Source of the DNA: Nitrosopumilus sp.
Lineage (GTDB): Archaea > Thermoproteota > Nitrososphaeria > Nitrososphaerales > Nitrosopumilaceae
Direction of reading: 5' to 3'
NCBI GenBank assembly: GCA_965205675.1
Contig: OZ242186.1
Coordinates: 384,001 to 448,000 of the forward strand
Length of the DNA: 64,000 nt
The translations under genes were made by a program, and so were the position numbers. Of the stretch, positions 10,879-21,052 are shown one piece after another. Numbering within the stretch: position 1 is the stretch's first letter; every line of letters starts with the position of its first letter. The notes beneath the pieces were generated by a model, which did not search any database, was not told the DNA's origin, and was given only the letters and a program-made list of their open reading frames with translations.

Positions 10879-11508
10879 ATGATAATTAAAGAAGAAGATT
10901 GTGAGAAAATGTTGAAAGTGCACTGTGATGAGAAAGGAATTGAGAAAGCTTCTCAAATAATCAATCAAGGTGGAATTATAATTTTTCCAACAGATACAGT
11001 TTACGGAATAGGATGTAATCCGTACAACAAAGAAGCAGTAAAAAAAATCTATAAAATCAAAGCAAGAGATATTAAAAAATTAGTACCCGTATTGGCATAT
11101 TCAATGGAAACGGCAGAAAAAATAATTGAATTTAATCAATTTACTAAAAAAATTATCAAGAAATTTTGGCCAGGTCCATTAACAATAATTGTAAAAGTGA
11201 CAGATAAAAAAATAAAAGAATCATTAAATCTAGAAAATAAAATTGCTATCAGAGTTCCAGATCATGAATGTACATTAAAACTATTAAAAAAATGTGATTT
11301 TCTTGTAGGAACTAGTGCAAATATTTCAGGAGATTTGCCACATACAAATCCCGAAAAATGTTTGGAGAAAATAAGTGATTATGATATTTTTGTGAATGGA
11401 GGAATAATTACCAGTAAAGGGGAATCAACAATAATTGAAATAGAAAATAAACAAATCAAAATTATCCGAGAAGGTTCTTTAACTAAAGATGAAATTTTAC
11501 AATCATGA
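10879..11508 (+). CDS. sua5: L-threonylcarbamoyladenylate synthase (Sua5/TsaC)
   Basis: PTDTVYG, FWPGPLT, TSANISG motifs. Confidence 0.92.
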   Translation: MIIKEEDCEKMLKVHCDEKGIEKASQIINQGGIIIFPTDTVYGIGCNPYNKEAVKKIYKIKARDIKKLVPVLAYSMETAEKIIEFNQFTKKIIKKFWPGPLTIIVKVTDKKIKESLNLENKIAIRVPDHECTLKLLKKCDFLVGTSANISGDLPHTNPEKCLEKISDYDIFVNGGIITSKGESTIIEIENKQIKIIREGSLTKDEILQS

Positions 11509-12026
11509 ATCTGATAATTACTTGTCCCAGGCATCTTGAACCAGAAACAGAAGATGAATTAACTGATATTTTAGAAGAATTTGGGGATTCTGATGTCAAA
11601 GTTACAATTACAAGTATGTCAGGAATTTTAACTGTTGAAACGAATCTTGATCCGATAAAAGTTGTAAGAAAAATTAAAGAAATGCTTCTTGATGAACCTT
11701 GGAGTGTAAGATACTGTAAAAGAATTATTCCAATACAGAAAGTTGTTGAATCTAAAATTGAAGAAATACAAAAAAGTATTATGGAATTATCTCATCAAAT
11801 GTTAGATAAAGAGACTTATAGAATATCAATTGAAAAAAGAAATTCAGACTTGTCAAGTAAAGAAATTATTACAAAAATAGCTAATCAAATAAAAAACAAA
11901 GTATCTCTTGAATTTCCAGATAAAGTTTTACTAATTGAAATTTTAGGCAATAAAACGGGGATATCTATTCTTAAAAAAACAGATATCCTAAGTACCGAAA
12001 AAACTAAACGAAGTATATCAGAGTAA
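11505..12026 (+). CDS. THUMP-domain RNA-binding protein
   Basis: YRISIEKR...VSLEFPDKVLLIEIL THUMP pattern. Confidence 0.85.
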   Translation: MNLIITCPRHLEPETEDELTDILEEFGDSDVKVTITSMSGILTVETNLDPIKVVRKIKEMLLDEPWSVRYCKRIIPIQKVVESKIEEIQKSIMELSHQMLDKETYRISIEKRNSDLSSKEIITKIANQIKNKVSLEFPDKVLLIEILGNKTGISILKKTDILSTEKTKRSISE

Positions 12027-12791
12027 TACAGCCGCTTTTTCAATCAAAATATCAGCTAAAGGATTTTTTGAGTTGATTGAATTGATGTGTATTTTTGTTA
12101 TTTTAAAATATTTTTTTATGTATACTTCATTATTTTTAGAAAACAAAACTACAGAATCTGACATTAATTCATGATATAAAGAATTTAAAGTATTTTTATT
12201 TCCCATTGCAATTACAATAAAATTTGTATTTGGTTTTATTCCAACATTTTTTATTGCATCCGAGATTTGCATAGTTAAAGCAAATCTCATTAGAATGTCA
12301 GTTTCAAGTTTATTTGAAAGTAAAACATTATTTTTCTTAGATTCAATTGATAATGAAACAATTTTTTTAAGATGATAGCTGTTTAAAATATAATTACTAG
12401 ATACTGCTTGAAGTAAAAGTTTAGGATATTTTTCTCTTAAATCATCAATAAATCTTACATCTAGAAATTTCTGACCTTTAATTTCAACTGCTTGTACTAT
12501 TTTATTAGAAAATTTAAAAGTAAGTTTTTTTGGTGAACCTCCATGAATAATTGGAATTATGCTTACAACGTCATTTTTTTGGATAATAGTAGATCTGCCA
12601 TTGATTGCAGAAGAATCAGCGCCATTAATTGCAATTAAAACATTATCCGTATCAAGTTTAGGAGTATCCTTAGATTTTAATTCTAAAAGTAAAGTGATTA
12701 ATCTTTGAACAGAGATATCAGATTCATCAATTTTCAAATATTCTATTGGAAAAGATTTTTTTGCACCACCTACAAATCTTACAGTAAACAT
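12018..12791 (-). CDS. MoaD/ThiS ubiquitin-like domain fused to KEOPS subunit Cgi121
   Basis: Beta-grasp domain ending IIPIIHGG, then Cgi121-like E.DILMRFA...QISDAI..VG. Confidence 0.8.
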   Translation of the reverse strand: MFTVRFVGGAKKSFPIEYLKIDESDISVQRLITLLLELKSKDTPKLDTDNVLIAINGADSSAINGRSTIIQKNDVVSIIPIIHGGSPKKLTFKFSNKIVQAVEIKGQKFLDVRFIDDLREKYPKLLLQAVSSNYILNSYHLKKIVSLSIESKKNNVLLSNKLETDILMRFALTMQISDAIKNVGIKPNTNFIVIAMGNKNTLNSLYHELMSDSVVLFSKNNEVYIKKYFKITKIHINSINSKNPLADILIEKAAVLL

Positions 12792-12826
12792 ATTTAATTT
12801 AGAATGGAAAAATAATATTTAATATA

Positions 12827-13243
12827 TTATTCAATTTTTTCTTTAGTCTCAGAAGGTGCTTCTTCAGTAGCGACATCTACAACAGTATCAGGTGCTTCTT
12901 CAGTAGCGACATCTACAACAGTATCAGGTGCTTCTTCAGTAGCGACATCTACAACAGTATCAGGTGCTTCTTCTGTAACAGTTTCTTTAGTTAATTCAAT
13001 TTCAGATTGTTCTTCAACTTGTTGCTCAGATTTCGATGCTGTAATTCTAGCTTGTTTGGCTTTTTCTTCACGGATTTCTTTTTTGATAAATTTTGTAATA
13101 TGACCTGCAATTTCATTTTTTAGTCCTTTAGAACGTACTATTGAAACTTGTTCTAAAGCCTTTTTGTTATCAGCAAAATCTTCACCAAACTTGGATTTGT
13201 GATCTACTAGAACTTCATCTGAATGTCGCTTAATTCTATCCAC
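12827..13243 (-). CDS. rps17e: 30S ribosomal protein S17e with acidic repeat tail
   Basis: FGEDFADNKK...SKGLKNEIAGHIT. Confidence 0.85.
   Translation of the reverse strand: MDRIKRHSDEVLVDHKSKFGEDFADNKKALEQVSIVRSKGLKNEIAGHITKFIKKEIREEKAKQARITASKSEQQVEEQSEIELTKETVTEEAPDTVVDVATEEAPDTVVDVATEEAPDTVVDVATEEAPSETKEKIE
12854..12973. repeat. 36-bp tandem repeat x3.3 (TEEAPDTVVDVA) in the S17e tail
   Basis: aggtgcttcttcagtagcgacatctacaacagtatc at 12854, 12890, 12926. Confidence 0.95.
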
Positions 13244-13274
13244 TAAGCGTCTAAAGTGAAGGGGTATTTTATAC

Positions 13275-14030
13275 CTATATTCCTAAAAATAAGTTTGAAT
13301 TCTTTTCTAACAAAGATGCCATATCATCAAAAGATCTACCTAAAATTTTTGATGCACAGAAAATTACACTTGGGATAAAACTAATTTGTCCAGATTTCAT
13401 TTCAAAACATCTAGAAAATCTCACAGGGCCATCCGTCTCAACTAGGATTTGAGATTCATCAGTTTTTGATAACAAAGTTTGTTTGTCATTTGCATAAATC
13501 ATTACAGGTCCATAAGATACAAAAAATCCCATATCCATAGCTTTTTGAAGTTGTTTTTTGCTTCCATCAAACCAATGCAATAATGCATGTTTTGTATTAT
13601 ATGAAGTCATGATCTCAAAAACATCATCAAGGCTTTTTCGTGAATGAATAGATACGGGTTTGTTAAATTTTTCTGCAAAAGATAGCAATGTTTCAAACAT
13701 ATGATTTTGTTTTTTTGCATCCTCACTTTGATTAACATATGCTGGATCTAATCCAATTTCACCTATACCAGATATACATTCATAATTTTTTTCAATTAAT
13801 TGTGAAATATTTTCAATTTCTTCATGGGCACATTCGGGATGAACTCCAATGAAAGGTAAAACCAAATTACTTTTTTTAGCAAGTTCCAAGGTTTGTAATG
13901 AGTTATCATAGTTCATAGATACACAGCATGCTTTAATCTTCAAACACTTCATTTGTTTTAAGATGAATTCCATATCCGAAATATATTCAGGATCAGATAA
14001 ATGAATGTGAGAATCAAAATTCCAAGTCAT
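13275..14030 (-). CDS. tatD: TatD family hydrolase
   Basis: DSHIH, GEIGLD, IHSR and ETDGP motifs. Confidence 0.92.
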   Translation of the reverse strand: MTWNFDSHIHLSDPEYISDMEFILKQMKCLKIKACCVSMNYDNSLQTLELAKKSNLVLPFIGVHPECAHEEIENISQLIEKNYECISGIGEIGLDPAYVNQSEDAKKQNHMFETLLSFAEKFNKPVSIHSRKSLDDVFEIMTSYNTKHALLHWFDGSKKQLQKAMDMGFFVSYGPVMIYANDKQTLLSKTDESQILVETDGPVRFSRCFEMKSGQISFIPSVIFCASKILGRSFDDMASLLEKNSNLFLGI

Positions 14031-14126
14031 TTCTTTATCAATTGTTAAAATAGTCTGTATAAATCGATTCCTTAGTAATATTTTTCCACTCATTATCTTT
14101 TTTCGGAAAAAATTAAAACTAATTTC

Positions 14127-14348
14127 ATGAAATCATCTGAACTGGGATTGTCTGCCATGTATAGAATCCTAAAAAAATCCGGCGCAGAAAGAGTTAGTGA
14201 TGAATCCGCAGAGGAATTAAGAAGAATAATTGAAGAGATTGCAGAAGGTATTGCTAAAAGCGCAGCAGATATGGCATCTCATGCTAATAGGAAAACGGTG
14301 AAAGGAGAAGATGTAAAATTGGCTTCAAAGCCATTTAGCAAATTCTAA
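14127..14348 (+). CDS. Archaeal histone
   Basis: Histone fold: GAERVS...[12 protein letters not shown]. Confidence 0.93.
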   Translation: MKSSELGLSAMYRILKKSGAERVSDESAEELRRIIEEIAEGIAKSAADMASHANRKTVKGEDVKLASKPFSKF

Positions 14349-14386
14349 TCTAAAGAGTTTAATGTTCATTTTGTATTTTTTAAAAT

Positions 14387-14458
14387 GGTACTCTGGCAGA
14401 ACGGTTATGCGTGAGCCTGCAAAGCTTATACAAGGGGGTTCGACTCCCTCGGGTACCT
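14387..14458 (+). tRNA. tRNA-Cys (GCA)
   Basis: Acceptor GGTACTC/GGGTACC, anticodon arm TGAGC-CTGCAAA-GCTTA, GGTTCGA T-loop. Confidence 0.93.
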
Positions 14459-14919
14459 TATTCTACTATAACTTGCCCCTTCATCCAAGGATGTAAAGTA
14501 CAAAAATAATCATATGTACCTATTTCATCAAAATTAAGTGTGTATGATTCAAACGGATCTAAATGACCACTGTCAAATAATTCACTTTGCTCACCATAAA
14601 AACCAGAAGTAACGCTATGAAAAGCAGAATCTTCATTGACCCAAGTAACCTGATTGCCTAAATCAATTATAACAATAGATGGAATGTAACACCTATCTTC
14701 TTTATCACATCCTGGACGTGAAACCTTTGTAGGCATTATAACATCAGCCGTGATGGAAGACTCAACATCTAACCCAATTGAAGAATTTTTTGATGTTGAA
14801 TCTAGGTTAAATTCAGATTCACGTTCAGTGATCTCTTCACCAGAAAAATCTGAAAAAATAAGAGATATAGATAATACAACCAAACCGATTATACTAAGAA
14901 TAATTATTTTTTTGATCAA
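14458..14919 (-). CDS. Membrane-anchored cupredoxin (blue copper protein)
   Basis: HSVTSG and YFCTLHPWMKG copper ligands; N-terminal TM helix. Confidence 0.9.
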   Translation of the reverse strand: MIKKIIILSIIGLVVLSISLIFSDFSGEEITERESEFNLDSTSKNSSIGLDVESSITADVIMPTKVSRPGCDKEDRCYIPSIVIIDLGNQVTWVNEDSAFHSVTSGFYGEQSELFDSGHLDPFESYTLNFDEIGTYDYFCTLHPWMKGQVIVE

Positions 14920-14992
14920 TTATTTCACATCCAAGACGAGTTATTATATAATTACCAAATTCTCTAAATATATAACATATCAAAAGATACAA

Positions 14993-16744
14993 TTGTCTCA
15001 AAATAGAAATGGATTATTAGAATACATACAAGGCTCACACACGTTATTAACTCAAAAAAACTCTAGCTCCCCTCTAGAAGGTTTTGCAGAAAATATTCAA
15101 GAAAGCATCCATGAATATGCTGAAAACTCGAAAAATGATGTAGAAAAAGGTAATAATTTCCTTCAATGGATTTTAACAAGAGTTTTTGAGGCTACTGAAG
15201 ATGATGCTGCAGATGCAATTGTAGATGGAGCAAATGATCTAGGAATAGATGCTTACCTGCCAGTAGATTTTTCAGATAATACAATTAGATTATTTCAATC
15301 AAAATATGGTACGTCACATTCACTAGAAGCAATTGCAAAATTCAAAGAGGATGTAAAAAGATTGCTTGCAAGAGATGTTGTGAAAATGAGGCCAGAGCTT
15401 GCACAATTAGTTACAAAAATTAAAGAAAAAAATCTAAAGATAAAATGCTGTTATGTAACAGATCAAAATGTAGACTATACTGATGATCTAGTAGAAATCA
15501 TAGATCAGAAAGTAATAATTCAAAAATTATGGGATAGAATAAAAAAACCCGCAGCGGGAAAAAAATCACCGATTAAATTAGAAAGAATGCTCAGACATGA
15601 AAATACAATTTTAGGAATTTTAAAATTACGCGAGCTTACAGAATTTGTTAGTAAAAATAGAGATTATGTTTTTGAATCCAATATTCGACAATGGATGCAA
15701 TTTAAGACTACAGTTAACAAAGGATTAAGAGAAACATTACAAAATAATCCTGGGAAATTTTTCTTTTACAATAATGGTATTACAATAGTAGTAAGTGATT
15801 TTGCTGAATTAGGAGAAAACATGATTCAATTACATGCGCCACAAATTGTTAATGGAGCTCAAACATCAAATTCGATTCTTGATCATTCAAAAAGAACAAA
15901 AAACATGGATGGTTCCATGACCGTGACAATCATCAAAGCAGACGATGAGCAAGAACAAAATAATATTACAAAATATAGAAATTCTCAAAATTCAGTAAGA
16001 GGGAAAGATCTAGTTTCATTAATGGATTTTCATAAATCAGTTAAATCACAATTAAAAAATTGTGGTTATTTTTATGAAATTCAAGCAGGTTCTTTTGATA
16101 CAAAAACAAAATCAAAGCAATGTGAATATGATGGAGATACAATATACAATAATTATCTTCCAGACAATCATAAAAAAGTCATTGTTGCCAAAGATGCAAT
16201 ACAATCATTGGTTGCAGGAATTGAACAAAGGCCTACAGAAGCATATAGTTCACCAGCTCAATTTCTTCCAAGAGGAAGCAAATACGATGACATATTTAAC
16301 GATAATCTAAAAGATGATTATAGAATATTACTATACCCATATCTTGTTAAAGAATTTGCAAAGAAATCATTGAAATATGGAAAACAAGGCGGTCATAAAA
16401 CAAAAAGATATGCAACATTATTTTTTGTAGCAGTATATTTTAGAATACTTCATAAAAAAATCCTTGAATCAAAGGGAGATTTTAAAGGTGATATACGGAA
16501 ATTGGAACCAATTTTTCGAAGTTTCAAACTTAATTCAAGAATTTTAAAGATTACAGACATAGTAGTAACTAAATTTCTTGAAGACACTGTAGTGGATGAT
16601 GAAATTGAATTGGCAAATACCAAACATAATTTTTTCTCCCAATATGTTTGGAATGATTCAATGCTCAGAGTAATAGATAAAAAAATCAGACAAGAGGAAG
16701 AAGAAATCTTAGCATTAAAAAAACTCACAAGCAATTTATTTTAA
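14993..16744 (+). CDS. AIPR family protein
   Basis: DGANDLGIDA, FESNIR, FFFYNNGIT and QIVNGAQT motifs; probable TTG start at 14993. Confidence 0.88.
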   Translation: MSQNRNGLLEYIQGSHTLLTQKNSSSPLEGFAENIQESIHEYAENSKNDVEKGNNFLQWILTRVFEATEDDAADAIVDGANDLGIDAYLPVDFSDNTIRLFQSKYGTSHSLEAIAKFKEDVKRLLARDVVKMRPELAQLVTKIKEKNLKIKCCYVTDQNVDYTDDLVEIIDQKVIIQKLWDRIKKPAAGKKSPIKLERMLRHENTILGILKLRELTEFVSKNRDYVFESNIRQWMQFKTTVNKGLRETLQNNPGKFFFYNNGITIVVSDFAELGENMIQLHAPQIVNGAQTSNSILDHSKRTKNMDGSMTVTIIKADDEQEQNNITKYRNSQNSVRGKDLVSLMDFHKSVKSQLKNCGYFYEIQAGSFDTKTKSKQCEYDGDTIYNNYLPDNHKKVIVAKDAIQSLVAGIEQRPTEAYSSPAQFLPRGSKYDDIFNDNLKDDYRILLYPYLVKEFAKKSLKYGKQGGHKTKRYATLFFVAVYFRILHKKILESKGDFKGDIRKLEPIFRSFKLNSRILKITDIVVTKFLEDTVVDDEIELANTKHNFFSQYVWNDSMLRVIDKKIRQEEEEILALKKLTSNLF

Positions 16745-16872
16745 TTTTAAAGGTAGTAGTCCAACCAAGTAAAAATCTTGCAGGAGGTTTACATTGGTCA
16801 GACGGTCCTACCTAAATTTAATATAAATCAGTAATATTTAACATAATTTTCCCAAAAAGAGTTCAAGCCAGA

Positions 16873-17076
16873 ATGTTTTTTATATTGATTAAAAAGAACA
16901 AAAACACTTTGGGAGGGAAAGAAAAATGTACTATTTGTAATGAAACAGTTAGATTTCGTTTTAAAGCGATGGAAGAGTGGAAAATACAAGGTACATTATG
17001 TGGAAAATGTTATTCAAAAAAAGTTAATGAACACTATCCTGGAGAACATACTAGAGTAAACAAAGAATTAGATTGA
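16873..17076 (+). CDS. Small Zn-finger protein
   Basis: CTIC...CGKC; start may lie further downstream. Confidence 0.65.
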   Translation: MFFILIKKNKNTLGGKEKCTICNETVRFRFKAMEEWKIQGTLCGKCYSKKVNEHYPGEHTRVNKELD

Positions 17077-17078
17077 TC

Positions 17079-17660
17079 TCATTTTAATTTTGAAAGCTTG
17101 TTCACATTAATACAATTCCAAACTAAAGGATCATCTTTAACATTCTTTTCTTCTAAAAATTTAATGTCTGTGATTATTTTTTTCTTTTTTAATAAATTAA
17201 CCTGAAAACTAGAAAATCTCTTGCACTCACATTTGTTGAATAAACAGACATCATTATCGCCTTCATCATGATCTTGAGCTTCATGACTACAATTACACAC
17301 TTCATTTTTTTTTACATCATCCAGAAATTTTTCTGCATATACACCTAATCGTAAATATGCTTCTCCTTCATGACCTTTTTTGAATCGTTCATAGTTTTCA
17401 GATTTTGACAATTCTTTGAAAAAAGATAGATTCGTATCAGGTTTCTGTGAATCTGAACCCATGATAAACCAATATTTGTCATCAATTTCTAAAAATCTAA
17501 TTTTGATTGAAGGATCTACCCATAAATGAATTGTATCATGCCAAAGAAATGCCGCTTCTTTTCTGTCAGTAAATAATGGGACAACATTCATTCTAAGATC
17601 ATAGTATCTATACGCAACACCTACAAAGTCATCAAACCAAGGAATCGGCGATGAAGACAT
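17079..17660 (-). CDS. Hypothetical protein with Cys/His cluster
   Basis: CNCSH...H...C...CEC. Confidence 0.75.
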   Translation of the reverse strand: MSSSPIPWFDDFVGVAYRYYDLRMNVVPLFTDRKEAAFLWHDTIHLWVDPSIKIRFLEIDDKYWFIMGSDSQKPDTNLSFFKELSKSENYERFKKGHEGEAYLRLGVYAEKFLDDVKKNEVCNCSHEAQDHDEGDNDVCLFNKCECKRFSSFQVNLLKKKKIITDIKFLEEKNVKDDPLVWNCINVNKLSKLK

Positions 17661-17743
17661 TGCACGGAAATCCTGTTGGAGGTTATTTATCTGATCTGAA
17701 TCAGTGGTAATACCCTTATATCACAGTTTTATACTGAACACAT

Positions 17744-18022
17744 ATGGCCTATAGAACCAGTATGCAAATTGTAGCAGATTTACTAAATGCTACTCAACAA
17801 TCGGGTCAAGAAGGCATCAAAACCACATCACTTCTTACAAAGGCAAATCTGTCCCATTCCAGATTATCTAAATTCTTGGATAATTTGACAGGAGCAGGTT
17901 TAATCAACAAAGTAGAATTTGATGGCAAGAATACTTTTGTGATAACTTCAAAAGGTAGACAATATTTGGATTCTTATCTAAATTTTTCCAGTATTGCAGA
18001 ATCATTTGGACTAGAGCTTTAA
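17744..18022 (+). CDS. Winged-helix transcriptional regulator
   Basis: Paralog of 10476-10763. Confidence 0.85.
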   Translation: MAYRTSMQIVADLLNATQQSGQEGIKTTSLLTKANLSHSRLSKFLDNLTGAGLINKVEFDGKNTFVITSKGRQYLDSYLNFSSIAESFGLEL

Positions 18023-18025
18023 ACT

Positions 18026-18238
18026 TTATTTTCTTGATCTTCTTTTTGCATTAGCTTTTTGTCGTTCTTTTCTTTCTGTGTATGAGTTATAGACAAAAAT
18101 GATTATAATTCCTGCTATGGCAGCATAAAATAGTGGAATAAGAGGAGGATCACGGAATTCTCCAGATGAAGGTTCAACAAATGCGATTGGAATAGTTACA
18201 ACCATAAAAACCAAAACTATTACTAGATATTTATCCAC
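18026..18238 (-). CDS. Small 2-TM membrane protein
   Basis: Two hydrophobic helices and a basic tail. Confidence 0.7.
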   Translation of the reverse strand: MDKYLVIVLVFMVVTIPIAFVEPSSGEFRDPPLIPLFYAAIAGIIIIFVYNSYTERKERQKANAKRRSRK

Positions 18239-18298
18239 AAATTACTTGGTTTACAAAACCATATATCTTTTTGATTTAAGAATCAGCAGGAACAGAAT

Positions 18299-18487
18299 AT
18301 GGTCAAAATACTTGAAATGATGGGATTAGTTCTTGTTGCAATCATGACATTGGCTTTTGTAGGCTTATTTGAATCATATGGAATAAAAAATGGAACATCT
18401 GAATTATTTTGGGGATGTGCAGGTGCAACACTTATGATAATTATCTATAGAAAGATGAAAAATAAGAAAGAAGAAAAAGAAAGTTAA
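18299..18487 (+). CDS. Small 2-TM membrane protein
   Basis: Two hydrophobic helices and a charged tail. Confidence 0.65.
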   Translation: MVKILEMMGLVLVAIMTLAFVGLFESYGIKNGTSELFWGCAGATLMIIIYRKMKNKKEEKES

Positions 18488-18692
18488 GAAAAATTTAGAA
18501 ATTGTAAGCAAGTGATCAATTGTTAATCAACCGGCAGATCTATAAAGGACATTTCCAAGGAAATGGTAAGGGAAGTATTTGACAGAACAAACAAAACAAT
18601 GGTGGGAAGGTCTAGGAAAAGAACTAGAAACAGACATTGAAACCTTCAATGAATCACAATAATTATCTATAGATATTTTTAAAAAATTAGCA

Positions 18693-18766
18693 AGCCTTGA
18701 ACGGGATACGAGCCCGCGACCTAACGCTTACGAGGCGTTCGCTCTACCAGGCTGAGCTACCAAGGC
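18693..18766 (-). tRNA. tRNA-Thr (CGT)
   Basis: Revcomp GCCTTGGTAGCTCAG...AACGC-CTCGTAA-GCGTT...TCAAGGCT cloverleaf. Confidence 0.9.
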
Positions 18767-18819
18767 ACGTTTGGATAAATCCATCAGAGTTAATAAAAAG
18801 CCTTTCCGAAATGGATTAA

Positions 18820-20118
18820 ATGAAAAAAACAATTTCGGGCATTAGGGGAATATTTGGAGAGGATCTTAATCTAAAAGATGTATTAGAGTTTTGTAATAAT
18901 TTTTCATCATTAATAGAATCAAAAAAATGTGTGATTGGTAAAGATACTAGACCATCAGGTCAGATGGTAAAAGACACTGCGAGTGCCATATTAATGAAAA
19001 ATGGAATAGATGTTTTTAATTTAGAAACAGTTCCAACACCAGTAGTTTTTAGAGAATCAAGAAACTATGGTGCAGGATTGATAATTTCCTCATCACATAA
19101 TCCATTAGAGTGGAATGGAATGAAATTCATCATTGATGGAAGAGGAATTAATGAACATGAACTTCCTCAAATTATCCAACATCAAGAAATTTTAAAAACA
19201 AAAACTGGTATTGAGTCAGATATATCTACATCGTACATTGAAGATGCAAAAAAAATCATAGGAGATATAGAAAATAAACCCGAAATTGTGGTAGACATTG
19301 GAGGCGGAGCTGTCAAAGGTTTTGCCCCAGAATTACTAAAGGAAGTAGGATGTAATGTCAAAGTTATCAATGAAGATATTTCTACATGTACAAGAGGTCC
19401 TGATCCAACATCAGATAATTTGTCAGAATTAGTCACTGCAACCAATAAGAAAGGTATTGGATTTGCATTTGATTTGGACGGAGATCGATTAGTTGTAGTT
19501 AAAGATGGAAAAAAACAAGCGCCAGATGTTACTCTTGGTTTAGGTGTTGCAAGATCATTAGAATTAGGATACAAAAAATTTATTCTTAGTATAGATACCA
19601 GTATTTCAGTTGAAAAATTCATTAAAGAAAAAGGTGGGACAGTTCAAAGATCCAAAGTGGGAGAAGCCAATGTGATAGATCTTATGTTAAAAAATGATGT
19701 ACAAGCAGGCGGAGAAGGAAGTAGTGGAGGTTTTATTTTACCTGAATTCAATTATTGTAGAGAAGGAATTCTTACCAGTGGTTTAATTGCGTCTATGTTA
19801 GAAACTCCAGAATTTACAGAAATTTTGAATCATATGGAAAATTATAATCAACTTAGAGATAAAACTGAAATTGGTTCAGATTTCCACGATAAAGTTATTG
19901 AAGAAATAAAATCTAAATTTTCTAAAGACTACTCCGAAGTAATTACAATGGATGGAATTAAAGGAATCATTGATGAAGATAACTGGGTGTTAATTAGAAA
20001 ATCAAATACGGAAGATATCATTAGAGTTTCAGCAGAATCAAACAACAAAAAAAAATGTAAAAAAATTGTAAAAGATACATTAGAATTGGTGAATCAAAGT
20101 TATGAAAAAGTTAAATGA
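18820..20118 (+). CDS. Phosphohexomutase (PMM/PGM/GlmM family)
   Basis: SSHNP, DLDGDR, GEGSSGG and RKSNTE motifs. Confidence 0.92.
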   Translation: MKKTISGIRGIFGEDLNLKDVLEFCNNFSSLIESKKCVIGKDTRPSGQMVKDTASAILMKNGIDVFNLETVPTPVVFRESRNYGAGLIISSSHNPLEWNGMKFIIDGRGINEHELPQIIQHQEILKTKTGIESDISTSYIEDAKKIIGDIENKPEIVVDIGGGAVKGFAPELLKEVGCNVKVINEDISTCTRGPDPTSDNLSELVTATNKKGIGFAFDLDGDRLVVVKDGKKQAPDVTLGLGVARSLELGYKKFILSIDTSISVEKFIKEKGGTVQRSKVGEANVIDLMLKNDVQAGGEGSSGGFILPEFNYCREGILTSGLIASMLETPEFTEILNHMENYNQLRDKTEIGSDFHDKVIEEIKSKFSKDYSEVITMDGIKGIIDEDNWVLIRKSNTEDIIRVSAESNNKKKCKKIVKDTLELVNQSYEKVK

Positions 20119-21052
20119 AACGACAATAATTGAAATTTTTCAAAAAGGATTGAATAAAAAAACAATGAATTCCGAGGATGTGGAAATTTTTAATTCTAAT
20201 AAAATGAAAATTGTTGTCAAAACGGACACATTAGTAGAGAGTACCGATATCCCATCAAAAATGAAATTAACTGATGCTGCAAGAAAAAGTGTTGTAGCAT
20301 GTGTTAGTGATTTTGCTTCAAAAGGAGTCAAACCAAAATATGGAATAATTTCAATTAATCTACCAAAGACAATTTTACGCTCAAAAATCAATGAAATTGT
20401 TTCAGGATTTAGAAAAGCTTGTGTTGAATTTGATATTTCAATTTTAGGTGGAGACACTAATGAAGGAAAAGAGATCGTCTTCAATGTGTGCTTGTTTGGA
20501 ATCGCAAATAACATAGTAACCAGAAAAGATTCTAAAAAAGGTGATCTAATCTTTGTAACAGGTCCATTTGGATATACATCTGCAGGATTGAATATGCTTC
20601 TTGTAAAGAAAAAAGGCAAACCATCTTTTATTAAAAAAGCTGTAAACTCAGTCATTAAACCAAAATCACGACTCAATTTTGGTGTAAAAAATAAAAAATA
20701 CTTTTCGTCTGCAATGGATTCAAGTGACGGGTTATCAACTACATTAAATGAAATGTCTAAACAAAGCAAAAAAAAATTTATTATAAATAATATTCCCGCT
20801 TTGAAAGATTTGAAAGATTTTGTTAAAGACTATAAATTAAATTTAAATGATCTTGTGTTTAATGGTGGAGAAGAATATGAGTTCGTATTCACAATACCTT
20901 CCAAATATAAAAAAAACATAGAAAGGAATGCCGTATTATTAAAAACACCAATTTTAGAAATTGGCCATGTTACTTCAGGTACAGGTGTATATGTTGAAAA
21001 AAATGATGATTTAGTTCGTTTGAAAGATTTAGGTTGGAAACATTTTAGATAG
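20102..21052 (+). CDS. thiL: Thiamine-monophosphate kinase
   Basis: SDFASKG, GGDT, DSSDGL and GGEEYE motifs. Confidence 0.92.
   Translation: MKKLNETTIIEIFQKGLNKKTMNSEDVEIFNSNKMKIVVKTDTLVESTDIPSKMKLTDAARKSVVACVSDFASKGVKPKYGIISINLPKTILRSKINEIVSGFRKACVEFDISILGGDTNEGKEIVFNVCLFGIANNIVTRKDSKKGDLIFVTGPFGYTSAGLNMLLVKKKGKPSFIKKAVNSVIKPKSRLNFGVKNKKYFSSAMDSSDGLSTTLNEMSKQSKKKFIINNIPALKDLKDFVKDYKLNLNDLVFNGGEEYEFVFTIPSKYKKNIERNAVLLKTPILEIGHVTSGTGVYVEKNDDLVRLKDLGWKHFR

Noticed and set aside
14750-14992. N-terminal extension of the AIPR ORF
   Set aside because: Overlaps the cupredoxin gene on the opposite strand; TTG at 14993 after a TATA-like box is more plausible
18500-18663. Short coding-like segment before tRNA-Thr
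   Set aside because: No clean start or recognisable motif
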